Source of the DNA: Eubacteriales bacterium
Lineage (GTDB): Bacteria > Bacillota > Clostridia > Oscillospirales > CAG-382
Length of the DNA stretch: 64,000 nt
Assembly (NCBI GenBank): GCA_045612545.1
Contig: JAZKZH010000023.1
Span: 11,364 to 75,363, forward strand
Direction: 5' to 3'
The notes under the pieces were generated by a model, which saw only the letters and a list, made by a program, of their open reading frames with translations, made no database searches and was not told the origin of the DNA. A program made the position numbers and the translations under genes. This document shows positions 44,999 to 54,900 of this stretch, piece after piece (position 1 is the stretch's first letter; each line of letters begins with the position of its first letter).

Positions 44999-45748
44999 AT
45001 GGAATTTGGATTGGTGGAAACTGCCGTCAACGGCGGGCTGGTCTTAAAGGAATACAAAGAGGGGATCCGTTTCGGTACGGATGCGTTGCTCCTTGCTTCT
45101 TTTGCAAGGGAACGGCTGGGAAGCGGGCTTTGCGCCGATTTCGGCACGGGAAGCGGGGTGTTGCCCCTGCTTTTGGCGACTTCCGGGTGTAAGAGCAGCT
45201 TCTTGGGCATCGAATTGCAAGAAAAATACGCCCTTTTGGCGGCGGAAAACGCCAAGAGCAACGGCTTTGCGGAAAAGATCCGTGTTCTGCGGGGAGATCT
45301 GCGAGAGTACCGCACTTTGTTCCCGGGGGGAGGCCTGCAGGCGGTGATCAGCAATCCGCCCTACTTGCCTGCGGGTAGCGGCAAGCAGAATCTGGCGGAG
45401 GAAAAGCGTACCGCATGGCACGACGATACCCTGCCCGTGGAGATCTTGGCGGAGGCGGCTTCCTTTGGGCTTTCCACGGGAGGGAAATTCTTCTGCGTGT
45501 ACCTGCCCTCCCGCATGGCGGGGTTGGTCCATGCCTTGAAGAAGAACCGTCTTGAGCCCAAGCGGCTTCGCTTTGTGGTTCCATCCCTTGGGGAAGCGCC
45601 TTCCCTGTTGCTGTTGGAGGCCCGCAAGGACGGCGGGGAAGGGCTGGAGATCCTTCCGGAATTGTCCTTGTACACCGACTTTTCTCGTAAAGCGGAATCT
45701 GCAGAGCTTTTGCAGATCAAAAACTTCTACAAACTGTTTGAGGATTGA
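44999..45748 (+). CDS. tRNA (adenine-N6)-methyltransferase (YfiC/TrmN6-like, NPPY class)
   Basis: Start MEFGLVETAV. DFGTGSG SAM motif and the catalytic NPPY motif. Confidence 0.7.
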   Translation: MEFGLVETAVNGGLVLKEYKEGIRFGTDALLLASFARERLGSGLCADFGTGSGVLPLLLATSGCKSSFLGIELQEKYALLAAENAKSNGFAEKIRVLRGDLREYRTLFPGGGLQAVISNPPYLPAGSGKQNLAEEKRTAWHDDTLPVEILAEAASFGLSTGGKFFCVYLPSRMAGLVHALKKNRLEPKRLRFVVPSLGEAPSLLLLEARKDGGEGLEILPELSLYTDFSRKAESAELLQIKNFYKLFED

Positions 45749-45751
45749 AAA

Positions 45752-46354
45752 ATGAACGTATACGATTGGGTAAAGAACCTGGCTTCCTCCTCTCCCGCAC
45801 CGGGTGGAGGCGGTGCTTCCGCTTTGGTGGGGGCTTTGGCAGCGGCCTTGGGCTCCATGGTGGCAAATCTCACCACGGGCAAGAAGAAATACGCCGCTTA
45901 CCAGCAGGATATTGAAAGAATTCTGGAAGAGACCGCCCTGCTTACGGACAAGCTTTACGCTTTGATCCAAAGGGACGAGGAGGCCTTCGTGCCGCTTTCC
46001 AAGGCCTACGGCATTCCCAAGGATGACCCCGCCAGAGGCGAGGTGATGGAAGCCGCCTTGCGTACGGCAGCAGAACCTCCCATGGAGATTTTGATGGCCT
46101 TGGCGGAGCTGCCTCCCATTTTGGAGGAGCTTTTGGAGAAGGGAAGCCGCCTTGCGGTGAGCGACGTGGGTTGCGCCGCTACCTTCTGCGCTTCTGCGGC
46201 GGAGGGGGCGCTTTTGAATCTCTTTGTGAACACCCGTCTCATGGCGGACAAGGTCTATGCCGAGGCGTTGAACGAAAAAGCGGCAGAGCTGGAGCAGAGG
46301 CTCCATGCCCGTTGCGATCGGGTATATCTTGCGGTAAAGGAGGGGCTGAGATGA
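45752..46354 (+). CDS. fchA: cyclodeaminase/cyclohydrolase family protein (methenyl-THF cyclohydrolase FchA-like)
   Basis: 200 aa. SPAPGGGGASALVGALAAALGSMV is the FTCD_C signature. Its stop overlaps the folD start. Confidence 0.75.
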   Translation: MNVYDWVKNLASSSPAPGGGGASALVGALAAALGSMVANLTTGKKKYAAYQQDIERILEETALLTDKLYALIQRDEEAFVPLSKAYGIPKDDPARGEVMEAALRTAAEPPMEILMALAELPPILEELLEKGSRLAVSDVGCAATFCASAAEGALLNLFVNTRLMADKVYAEALNEKAAELEQRLHARCDRVYLAVKEGLR

Positions 46355-47205
46355 CACTTTGGAAGGGCGCTCCCGTGGCAAAGGCCATTGTGGAGAGGAT
46401 GATTCCCATTGTGGAAGCATTGAAGGAAAAGGGAGTCACTCCCCGTTTGGCGGTGATTCGTGTTGGCGAGCGTGAGGACGATCTTTCCTACGAAAGAGGG
46501 CTGACCAAGCGTTTTGACTCCGCAGGGGCGGAGGTGGAGACGGCGGCTTTGCCCGAGGACGTTTCCCAAGAGGGGCTGGAGGATTGTATTCGTTCCTTGA
46601 ATGAACGGAAGGACGTTCACGGGATCTTGATGTTTTCCCCCTTGCCTAAACGTCTGGATGAAGTCCGCGCAAGAAGTCTGCTTTCCCCCGCAAAGGACGT
46701 GGATTGTCTGACGGATGCCAATGCTTACTGCGTGTACGCGGGGAAGACTTCCCCCGGCGTACCCGGCTATCCTCCCTGCACCCCGCGGGCGGTGCTGGAG
46801 CTGTTGGATTTCTACGGCTATGATCTGACGGGGAAGAACGTTACCGTAGTGGGAAGAAGCGCCGTGGTGGGCAAGCCTTTGGCTATGCTGCTTTTGCACC
46901 GCAACGCCACCGTCACCGTGTGCCATACCAAGACCCGTGATCTTGCTTCCGCTTGCAAGCAGGCGGATCTTGTGGTGGTGTGCGCAGGAAAGGCGGGGTT
47001 GATCGGAAAAGAGCATATTGCTCCCGGGCAGTCCGTGGTGGACGTGGGCATTCACGTCATCGACGGCAATCTTTGCGGCGACGTTGACCCTGCCGTGGGT
47101 GAGATCGCAGAGGGGTATACCCCCGTTCCCGGCGGTGTGGGCGCAGTGACCACCTCGGTTTTGTTGAAGCATACCGTAGAGGCGGCAAAGGCGATGTGTC
47201 CTTGA
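46351..47205 (+). CDS. folD: bifunctional methylene-THF dehydrogenase / methenyl-THF cyclohydrolase FolD
   Basis: Start MTLWKGAPVAKAI at 46351 (ATGA overlap). GRSAVVGKPLAMLL and PVPGGVGAVT motifs. Confidence 0.9.
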   Translation: MTLWKGAPVAKAIVERMIPIVEALKEKGVTPRLAVIRVGEREDDLSYERGLTKRFDSAGAEVETAALPEDVSQEGLEDCIRSLNERKDVHGILMFSPLPKRLDEVRARSLLSPAKDVDCLTDANAYCVYAGKTSPGVPGYPPCTPRAVLELLDFYGYDLTGKNVTVVGRSAVVGKPLAMLLLHRNATVTVCHTKTRDLASACKQADLVVVCAGKAGLIGKEHIAPGQSVVDVGIHVIDGNLCGDVDPAVGEIAEGYTPVPGGVGAVTTSVLLKHTVEAAKAMCP

Positions 47206-47280
47206 GAGGGCAACTTGTATATGAAAAAACAGCCTCGGCAGGAATTTCTGTCGGGGCTGTTTATGTATGCCGATTTGAAC

Positions 47281-47307
47281 GGGCGATTCGTGAATCGCCC
47301 CTACAAA
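47281..47307 (-). repeat. REP-like hairpin with GTAG head, 3' of the RAYT stop codon
   Basis: GGGCGATTCGTGAATCGCCCCTACAAA. 9-bp stem. Confidence 0.8.
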
Positions 47308-47374
47308 CACGAAACGAGTATGGGCAAGAAGGGTGTGTTTTCTGTCGCAACGAGGTTGGGCGAAGAAGACAAGG

Positions 47375-47920
47375 TTATAAGCCTTCTTTATAGAAGCGGT
47401 CGAATTGCCATTTTTGGGGATTAGAGAGGATGTAATGGGTGATGGCTTCGTGGTCTTTTTCATTGCGGATGATGTGATCGTAATACCCCCGTTGCCAAAC
47501 AATATCATCTCCGAATCGGGAACGGATCTCTCGGGAGGCCTTCATCTTGATGTATCCCATCGCTTTAGACAATACAGATCTCTTTTTTTGTAGGGGCGAT
47601 TCACGAATCGCCCGTGTTTGTTCCGTTACGATCACAATCAAATGTATGTGGTTGGGCATAATGACGTACCTTTCAATCTCCACGCCGAGATGGGAGGGCA
47701 GGGTACGAAGGATGCGGTCTACGATCTGTCCCTGCTCCGTCAATACCACGGTGGGGGATTCCTCAAACGATCCAAAAGTATCGTGATTGGGAAGCTCCCC
47801 CTCCACCCGGGAGAGTATCTGCCGTCTGTTGTGGGTACAGACGGTAATAAAACGAGCGCCTGGGCTGCTATAATCAAACCCGTTCAGCCGCGGATTTTTT
47901 CTTTTTGAAAAATCTTTCAT
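47375..47920 (-). CDS. REP-associated tyrosine transposase (RAYT, IS200/Y1 superfamily)
   Basis: 181 aa. HUH motif MPNHIHLIV and Tyr-motif region WQRGYYDHIIR. No IS ends seen. Start is 4 nt after the U32 stop. Confidence 0.75.
   Translation of the reverse strand: MKDFSKRKNPRLNGFDYSSPGARFITVCTHNRRQILSRVEGELPNHDTFGSFEESPTVVLTEQGQIVDRILRTLPSHLGVEIERYVIMPNHIHLIVIVTEQTRAIRESPLQKKRSVLSKAMGYIKMKASREIRSRFGDDIVWQRGYYDHIIRNEKDHEAITHYILSNPQKWQFDRFYKEGL
47587..47613 (+). repeat. REP-like hairpin with GTAG head, inside the RAYT coding sequence
   Basis: TTTGTAGGGGCGATTCACGAATCGCCC is the exact reverse complement of 47281-47307. In frame, encoding TRAIRESPLQK. Confidence 0.85.
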
Positions 47921-47924
47921 AGGG

Positions 47925-49682
47925 TTATCTTCTTGTATAATTTCCTTTCGGTGGTGCGGAATTACGGTAGGCTTCCAACACGGAACGCATTTCCGAATCC
48001 GTTTCGGTGGTGAACAGCAAGGTCATAAGTCCCACGCCGCTTTTTTTTAGCTCCTTTCGCTTGTCCAGGCGGTAGGTGGGCAGGGAGTTATAGATCAGAT
48101 TGCGGTGACCGTTCCCTCGCAATACGGGGAAGGTCGCCCCCGTTCTGTCCACCAAATCGGCGCGGCACTGCCGATTGCTACGGGTGCAATCCCCCAACAC
48201 GTTGCGGATGATGCAGGTCTCGGTGTGCATGAGGGGAAGTCTGCCGTAGCCCAACCATTCATAGGCCATGGGGGCAAAGCCGAAGTCCTTGGGCTCGCTT
48301 TCGGGAGAAAGGAACAGGGAGGAGAAGGAATAGCCCTCCAAAAGCTTTACCGTCTCCTTGTTGAACACGTTCAGCGGGTAATCCCCGTGGAGATAAAACT
48401 TTTTTACCAGAGGCAGCTGAGACAAATTGGGAACGGTGGCGCGGCGGACACCCCTTGCGTAGGCCTTGTCCAACAGCTTTTTCAGCTGCTCTTCCTCGCG
48501 GTCGAAGGTGACCCGGGGCAGGAGCACGCTGATCTTGCTTTCCAACCCCTTGAAATTTGCTTCCTCCAATCGCCACAAGGGAATGTCGATCCTGGCGGCG
48601 TCCGCAAAAGGGGTAAGATCCTTCGGTATCTTTCCCTCGAAGCGGGCCACGTAGCCCAATTGCTCCTTGGGTGAGAGCAGGCGGGAAGCCTCCTTTTGAG
48701 GCAGAAGCATGGGCAGAGGGGCTTCTTCGATCTTCTGCCGCAGATAGGGCAGGGGAAGGCGGGGGGTATTTTGCACCTTGGCGGTGTTTTTCTTGTCCTC
48801 CTCGCGGCGAATGCCGAACATACGGGGGTCAACCTGTTTGTTGTAATACCCTGCGGTAAAGCCGCTGCGGGAGAAGGAGGCCTCCAACCGCTTCAGCTCC
48901 GCTTCCGTGGGGGCGCGACCTTCGTCCAGCAGACGGCGGTAAGCGCTGGTAACGGCGTAGACGTATTCCGGGGATTTCATCCGCCCCTCGATCTTCAAGG
49001 CGGTGACACCCATTTCCCTCAGCTCGGTGAGGTAAGAGGCAAGGCAATTGTCCTTCAGGGAAAGGGGGTAGGGATTCTTCCCCTTGTAGGGCAGGCGGCA
49101 GGGCTGGGCGCATTCCCCGCGGTTGCCGCTGCGCTTGCCGATCATGGAGGACATGAGACAGCCTCCGCTTTCGCAGACGCAAAGGGCGCCGTGGACGAAC
49201 GCCTCGGTCTCCACGCCGCTGTTTTTCACAAAGGAGGCGATGTCCTCCCTTGCCATCTCACGGGCAAGCACCACGCGGGAAAATCCCAAGCCCTTCAGCA
49301 GTGTGCCGCCTGCGGCGGCGTGCTGGCGAAGCTGGGTGCTGGCGTGGAGGACGGCTTGGGGAAATGCTTCTCTGAGCCGTTTTGCCAACCCAAGGTCTTG
49401 CACGATGTAGGCGTGGGGATGTACGTTTTCCTGCAGGAAGGAAACGTATCCCAAGACCGCCTCCAGCTCCTTTTCCTTGATGAGGGTGTTCAAGGTGATC
49501 AGTAGGCGGACGTTATGCTCACGGCAAAGCTCTCCTGCGCGGATCAACTGCTTTTCGTCAAAATTCTTTGCCCCGGCGCGGGCGTTGAACTGCATACCCC
49601 CCAGATATACCTCGTCCGCACCGCCGTCGATGGCGGCACGCAGGGCCTCAAAGCTCCCTGCGGGGGAAAGCAACAGTGCCAT
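47925..49682 (-). CDS. U32 family peptidase-like protein
   Basis: 585 aa. N-terminal LLSPAGSFEALRAAIDGGADEVYLG and E..GALC motifs typical of the U32 family. Confidence 0.8.
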   Translation of the reverse strand: MALLLSPAGSFEALRAAIDGGADEVYLGGMQFNARAGAKNFDEKQLIRAGELCREHNVRLLITLNTLIKEKELEAVLGYVSFLQENVHPHAYIVQDLGLAKRLREAFPQAVLHASTQLRQHAAAGGTLLKGLGFSRVVLAREMAREDIASFVKNSGVETEAFVHGALCVCESGGCLMSSMIGKRSGNRGECAQPCRLPYKGKNPYPLSLKDNCLASYLTELREMGVTALKIEGRMKSPEYVYAVTSAYRRLLDEGRAPTEAELKRLEASFSRSGFTAGYYNKQVDPRMFGIRREEDKKNTAKVQNTPRLPLPYLRQKIEEAPLPMLLPQKEASRLLSPKEQLGYVARFEGKIPKDLTPFADAARIDIPLWRLEEANFKGLESKISVLLPRVTFDREEEQLKKLLDKAYARGVRRATVPNLSQLPLVKKFYLHGDYPLNVFNKETVKLLEGYSFSSLFLSPESEPKDFGFAPMAYEWLGYGRLPLMHTETCIIRNVLGDCTRSNRQCRADLVDRTGATFPVLRGNGHRNLIYNSLPTYRLDKRKELKKSGVGLMTLLFTTETDSEMRSVLEAYRNSAPPKGNYTRR

Positions 49683-51058
49683 TATCGGTAAGCGATCTCG
49701 CTGATGCGGAGACCGCCGTAGTTGGCAGAAAGGCGCAGGGCATCCTTTTCAAAGGAGAACACCTGGGTGTGGGGAGTATCGGGGTGCTTGCAGATCACCT
49801 TCACGGTGTCTCCCTCCGTTTCGTAGGCACAGCGGAGAGAAAGCTGCTCGATATAGCCGAAATGGGGGTCCAAGGTGTTGATGGAGGGGTTGCAGTATCT
49901 CAGCATGGGGGCGCAATCCACCCAACAGCCGTTCCCCGCCAGCAGGGTCTGCACGCCGTATTCCGTTTCAAGGCGGACACGGAGAATGCCGCTTTCGGTT
50001 TTCAGGGTTGCGGAAATCAGCCCCGCCTCGTTGGGGGTGAAGGTCACCGCTTTTTCCTCCACGGGGGAGGCCTTTTTGGTTTGGTAATGGGTCTCTACCT
50101 CGGTAAGCAAAGCTTCTTCTGCAGAGAGATCCTCGTTTTCAATATTTTTCAGCAGGGTATAAATGCGATCCATTTCGATCTGCATATTGCCCGCCTCTGC
50201 CTGGAGGGCAAACACCGTGTCCTCCTCAGGAAGCACCACGCAAAGCTGACCGAAGGCACCGTCCCCGCGGAAGCCGCCCTCCGCGTTTACCCAGAACTGA
50301 TAGCCGTAGCCCGCTACCCAGTCGGGAGTGCCGTTACAGCTGTTGTCCGCAATGGGCTGAACCGCCATGTCGCACCATTCCTCGCTGACCACCCGCACAC
50401 CGTTATACACGCCCTTGTTCTTCATGAGCATTCCCATGCGGAAGAGATGCTCCACGGGAAGGAAGATGCCGATGCCCCCTGCGTGGGTGCCGTCCGCAAG
50501 GGTCAGCACACGGGGCTTGGGGATATCCAGCTTGGAGAAGAGATATTTTTCCATAAAATCGTTCAGCTTCATGCCGCTTCTCTTTTCCACTGCCGCGCCG
50601 CAAACGCAGGTGCCGCCGGTGGAATAGATGAATTTGGTGCCGGGCTTGTGTACCACGGGCATGGCAAGGAATGTCTTCACCGCATTGGTGGAGAACCGCA
50701 TTTTGTCCAGATGGCAGACGTCATGGCCGGACTGCATGGAAAGCACGTTCCCCAGGGTCATTTCCGCAAGGTTCTCGGAGATCTCCTCCGGGGCGTATTC
50801 CGGGAAGATATCGATCATTTTCTCCGTCACGTCCAAAAGCCCCATGTCCCGGGCGATGCCCACGGAGATGGAGGTGAAGGATTTGGAGAGGGAATAGAGA
50901 TGCATGGCATCCGTTTCCTTATGGGGAGGGAACACGGCGGTGACCTCCAGCCCCTTGCGGTACAGCTTGAAGGCACGCAAGCTTGCGCCGTCGGCAGTGT
51001 TCTCTTTGATGTATTGTAAAAGAGCATGGGTATTACAGCTTTTGTTCCAGGTGATCAT
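49682..51058 (-). CDS. serine hydrolase (beta-lactamase/class C-like fold)
   Basis: 458 aa. SxxK motif (YSLSKSF) near the N-terminus. TAATG overlap with the U32 gene. Confidence 0.7.
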   Translation of the reverse strand: MITWNKSCNTHALLQYIKENTADGASLRAFKLYRKGLEVTAVFPPHKETDAMHLYSLSKSFTSISVGIARDMGLLDVTEKMIDIFPEYAPEEISENLAEMTLGNVLSMQSGHDVCHLDKMRFSTNAVKTFLAMPVVHKPGTKFIYSTGGTCVCGAAVEKRSGMKLNDFMEKYLFSKLDIPKPRVLTLADGTHAGGIGIFLPVEHLFRMGMLMKNKGVYNGVRVVSEEWCDMAVQPIADNSCNGTPDWVAGYGYQFWVNAEGGFRGDGAFGQLCVVLPEEDTVFALQAEAGNMQIEMDRIYTLLKNIENEDLSAEEALLTEVETHYQTKKASPVEEKAVTFTPNEAGLISATLKTESGILRVRLETEYGVQTLLAGNGCWVDCAPMLRYCNPSINTLDPHFGYIEQLSLRCAYETEGDTVKVICKHPDTPHTQVFSFEKDALRLSANYGGLRISEIAYR

Positions 51059-51130
51059 GCTTTCTTCCTCGCTTTTCGACTTGATTCTTTTTTGATTTTA
51101 TCACAATGAAAAGAATTCCGCAAGATGAAC

Positions 51131-51159
51131 TTGACATTTTTCTGCAAAAAAGGTATAAT
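51131..51159 (+). promoter_or_regulatory. perfect consensus promoter TTGACA-N17-TATAAT for bioY
   Basis: -35 at 51131-51136 and -10 at 51154-51159. Confidence 0.6.
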
Positions 51160-51194
51160 TGTCCTTACAAGAGAACGATTGGAGGGAATTTCCC

Positions 51195-51707
51195 ATGAAA
51201 AGTAAATTTTGGAAGGCGGTTTTTGCCATTCTGATCTTCACCTTCGCCCTGGCGGTGATGGGGCCCTATGAGTGTGCGGGTCTTTCCGCGGCGGTGATGG
51301 TGGCTTTGCTCATCGGCGTTTCTATGGGGCCGCTTTGCTCTGTGATCACCGTGGCGCTGTATTTGGTGCTGGGCATTTGGCTTCCCGTTTATGGCGGGGG
51401 CGGAAGCGGTCTCGGCGTTTTGTTCGGCAGGGAAGGCGGTTTCCTGCTGGTGCTGTTGCCCTGCGTTTTGGTGATTGCCGCTTTGATCAAGGGAATGCAG
51501 AAGCATCCGTTGTTGGCGGCCATCCTGGGGCTGGCTATTTCCTTCGTTTTGTATTTCGCCGTGGGTATCCTTTGGTACGTGGTGTGCGAAAACGCTTCCT
51601 TGGTGGAGGTGCTGGGCAAAGGCTGGGGCGGTTCCTGCCTGCTGTTCTTCCTGCAGTGTGTGCTGGCCTTCTTCGTGTCCGGCCCGCTGAGACGTACCGT
51701 CAGATAA
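51195..51707 (+). CDS. bioY: biotin transporter BioY (ECF S-component)
   Basis: ATG at 51195 with a GGAGGG RBS. ~170 aa, 5-6 TM, BioY-like pattern. Confidence 0.7.
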   Translation: MKSKFWKAVFAILIFTFALAVMGPYECAGLSAAVMVALLIGVSMGPLCSVITVALYLVLGIWLPVYGGGGSGLGVLFGREGGFLLVLLPCVLVIAALIKGMQKHPLLAAILGLAISFVLYFAVGILWYVVCENASLVEVLGKGWGGSCLLFFLQCVLAFFVSGPLRRTVR

Positions 51708-51718
51708 TTCCGTGCTGA

Positions 51719-51747
51719 CAAAAAAGAGCCTCGCGGCTCTTTTTTTG
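51719..51747. terminator. bidirectional terminator between bioY and the giant LRR gene
   Basis: AAAAAAGAGCC-TCGC-GGCTCTTTTTTT. Confidence 0.8.
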
Positions 51748-51755
51748 TTGGAATT

Positions 51756-51923
51756 TTAGGACGTTGCCTTCTGCAACAGCAGTACGCAATCGAAGATGGT
51801 GAGAACGCCGTCCCCATCAAAGTCGAAGCGGAGCAGATCATCCGTTTCGGTATTGCCCAACAGAAGGGACAAAAGATTTTCAACGTCGGATTCCGAGATC
51901 TCACCGTCACCGTCTACGTCGTA
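51756..51923 (-). other. type I dockerin module (two Ca-binding repeats)
   Basis: YDVDGDGEISESDVENLLSLLLG ... FDFDGDGVLTIFDCVLLLQ. Confidence 0.8.
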
Positions 51924-54900
51924 GCTCTCGTCGGTGTCTGCACCGGAGCTGCTGATCTCTACGAAGATTCTGCCGTACTTGATAGCATACGCCTCTGCGG
52001 TGGAACCCTTGTGGCCGTAAATGACGGCGTTGTCGGAAATGGTATCCGGGGCATCGTAAATCTCGGTGGTGGGAGATTCAAAGGTGATGCTTTCAAGGCT
52101 GAAGCAACCGTAGAACGCGTTATTATCAATGCTTGTCACGCTGCCGGGAATTACGACGCTTTTCAACGAAGAGCAACCGGAGAACGCATATTCCTCAATG
52201 CTTATTACGCTGTCGGGAATCACAACGCTTGTCAAGGAGGAGCAACCTGAGAATGCTGATTCGCCAATGTTTGTTACTCCGTCGGGAATTACAATGCTTT
52301 CCAAAGAGGTGCAATGGAGGAATGTCCAGCCCTCAATGTCGGTCACACTGTTGGAAATTACAATGTTGGCCAAAGAGGAGCAATTCTGGAACGCTCCCCA
52401 GCCAATGTTCGTTACGCTGTCCGGAATTATGATGTTTGCTAATAATTCGCAATTGGAGAACGCATAGTTACCAATGTCGGTTACACCGTTTGGAATTGCA
52501 ATGTTGGACAAAGAGGAGCAATTGCGGAATGCCTCTTTCCCGATGCTTGTTACACCATCGGGAATGACGATGCTTGTCAAGGAGGAGCAACCGTAGAACA
52601 AACCATCTTGAATGCTCGTTATACCATCGGGAATCACGACATTGGTCAAAGAGGAGCAATATTGGAACGCTCCCCAGCCAATGCTCGTTACGCTGTCGGG
52701 AATCACGACGCTTGTCAGCGAGGAGCAGCCGTAGAACGCACTGTCGCCAATGCTTGTCACGCTACCGGGAATGACAATGCTTGTCAACGAGGAGCAATAT
52801 TGGAACGCATCGAACCAAATGATGGATACACTGTCGGGAATGACAATGCTTGTCAAGGCGGAGCAACCGTAGAATGTGCTGTACATAATGCTTGTTACGC
52901 CGTCTGGAATCACGACATTGGTCAAGGAGGAGCAATTGAAGAACGCATATTCCTCAATGCTTATTACGCTGTCGGGAATTACGACGCTTGTCAATGTGGT
53001 ACAATCCAGAAATGCGCTTTCCCCGATGCTCACTACGGGCCATCCCATGATTTTACTTGGAATGACCACGTCTCCGCCCGCACCGATGTAACCGGTAATG
53101 GTTACTTGGCCGTATTCTATGGTATAAGTATACTCTCTACTGTAATCCGGCTCCGGATCGTCCAGTGCTATAAATGCTCTGCAATATTTAGTAGCATACA
53201 CTTCGGCAGTAGAGCCTTTGTAACCGTAAATGGTGGCAGTTTTGGAAATGGTTGCATCGCTCTCATAAATCTCGGTGTCAGGCGATTCAAATGTGATGTT
53301 TTCCAATGCTATACACCATAAGAACGCCTCGGTGCCAATGCTTTTGACATTATCGGGAATTACAATGCTTGCCAGTGAAGTACACCATTCGAACACACTG
53401 CTGCCAATAGTTGTCACACTGTTTGGGAGCTCAATGTTTGTCAATGAGTAGCAATTAGAGAAAGCTTTATCTCCAATACTCGTCACGCCATCGGAAATGA
53501 CCACGCTTGTCAACGAGGTGCAACCGGCGAACGCACTGTCGCCAATGCTTGCCACGCTACCGGGAATGACAATGCTTGTCAACGAGGAGCATTTATAGAA
53601 TGCTTCTTCCCCAATGCTTGTCACGCTATCAGAAATCACGACACTTGCCAATGCGGAGCAATTCCAGAATGCATAGTTTCCAATAGTTGTTACACTGTCG
53701 GGAATTACAATGCTTGTCAAAGATTCGCAATTGGAGAACGCCATGTTCCCAATGCTTGTTACACCATCGCGGATCACGACACTTGTCAACGAGGTACAAT
53801 TGGAGAACGCTTTATTTCCAACGCTGGTTACACTACCCGGAATGACAAAGATTGCCAATGCGGAGCATTGATAGAATGCTTCTTCGCCAATGCTTGTTAT
53901 ACCGTCGGTAATCACAACACTTGCCAGTCCGTAGCAACCGGAGAATGCCCCGTTCCCAATGCTGGTCACGCTGCCGGGAATTTCGATGCTTGCCAACGAG
54001 GTGCAATTTTGAAATGCGTAGTCGCCGATGTTGGTCACGCTGTCGGGAATTTCGACGCTTGCCAACGAGGTGCAATTTTGAAATGTGTAGTCGCCGATGT
54101 TGGTCACGCTGTCGGGAATTTCGATGCTTGCCAACGAGGTGCAATTTTGAAATGCGCAGTCGCCGATGTTGGTCACGCTGTCCGGAAGCTCAATGTTCGC
54201 AAGCTGGGAGCAACTGGTGAACGCATAGTTTCCAATGCTGGTCACACCGTCGGGAATTACGATGTTTGTTAATGAGGAGCAAGCGCAGAATACGCCGTAC
54301 TCGATGCTGGTCACGCCGTCAGGAATCATGACGCTTGTTAACGAGGTGCAAGCGCCGAATGCCCATTCTCCAATACTTGTCACACTGTCGGGAATGACCA
54401 CGCTTGTCAAAGAGAAGCACCATTCGAACGTCTCGGCACCAATACTCGTCACGCCATCGGGAATGACCACGCTTGTCAACAAGGAGCAGCCATAGAACGC
54501 GAAGTCTCCAATGCTTACCACGGGCAAGTCCTCAATGTTACTTGGAATGACCACATCGCCGCCTGCGCCTATGTATTTTGTAATGGTTATTTTACCATTT
54601 TCGATGATGTATTCGTAATCGGTGACCTTGTCGCGGCTTTCAGTCTCACCGCAATTTTCGCAAACACGCTCTTCTTTGTCGGGGGTGGAGTCATGCCATA
54701 TACCGAAGCTGTGTCCCGGAGCGCGGAGGATCTCCTCGGAGAAATGACCGCAAAGGTCGCAATAACGGCGGATGTAGCCGTCTTCCGTACAGGTGGGATC
54801 TTTTCTCTCCACATTGTTGTTGTGCCCAAGGGCGGGAACTATGCTGTCAACGTAGGTGTCGCCGCAACTGCAGATGTAAGTGGTGTAGCCGTCTTCCGTA

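Noticed and set aside
30961-47205. A Wood-Ljungdahl (acetogenesis) gene cluster was considered because of fhs, fchA, folD and ferredoxin.
   Set aside because: The genes are scattered and interleaved with unrelated genes. No metF/metV, acsABCDE or CODH genes are in the window, so only general folate one-carbon metabolism can be claimed.
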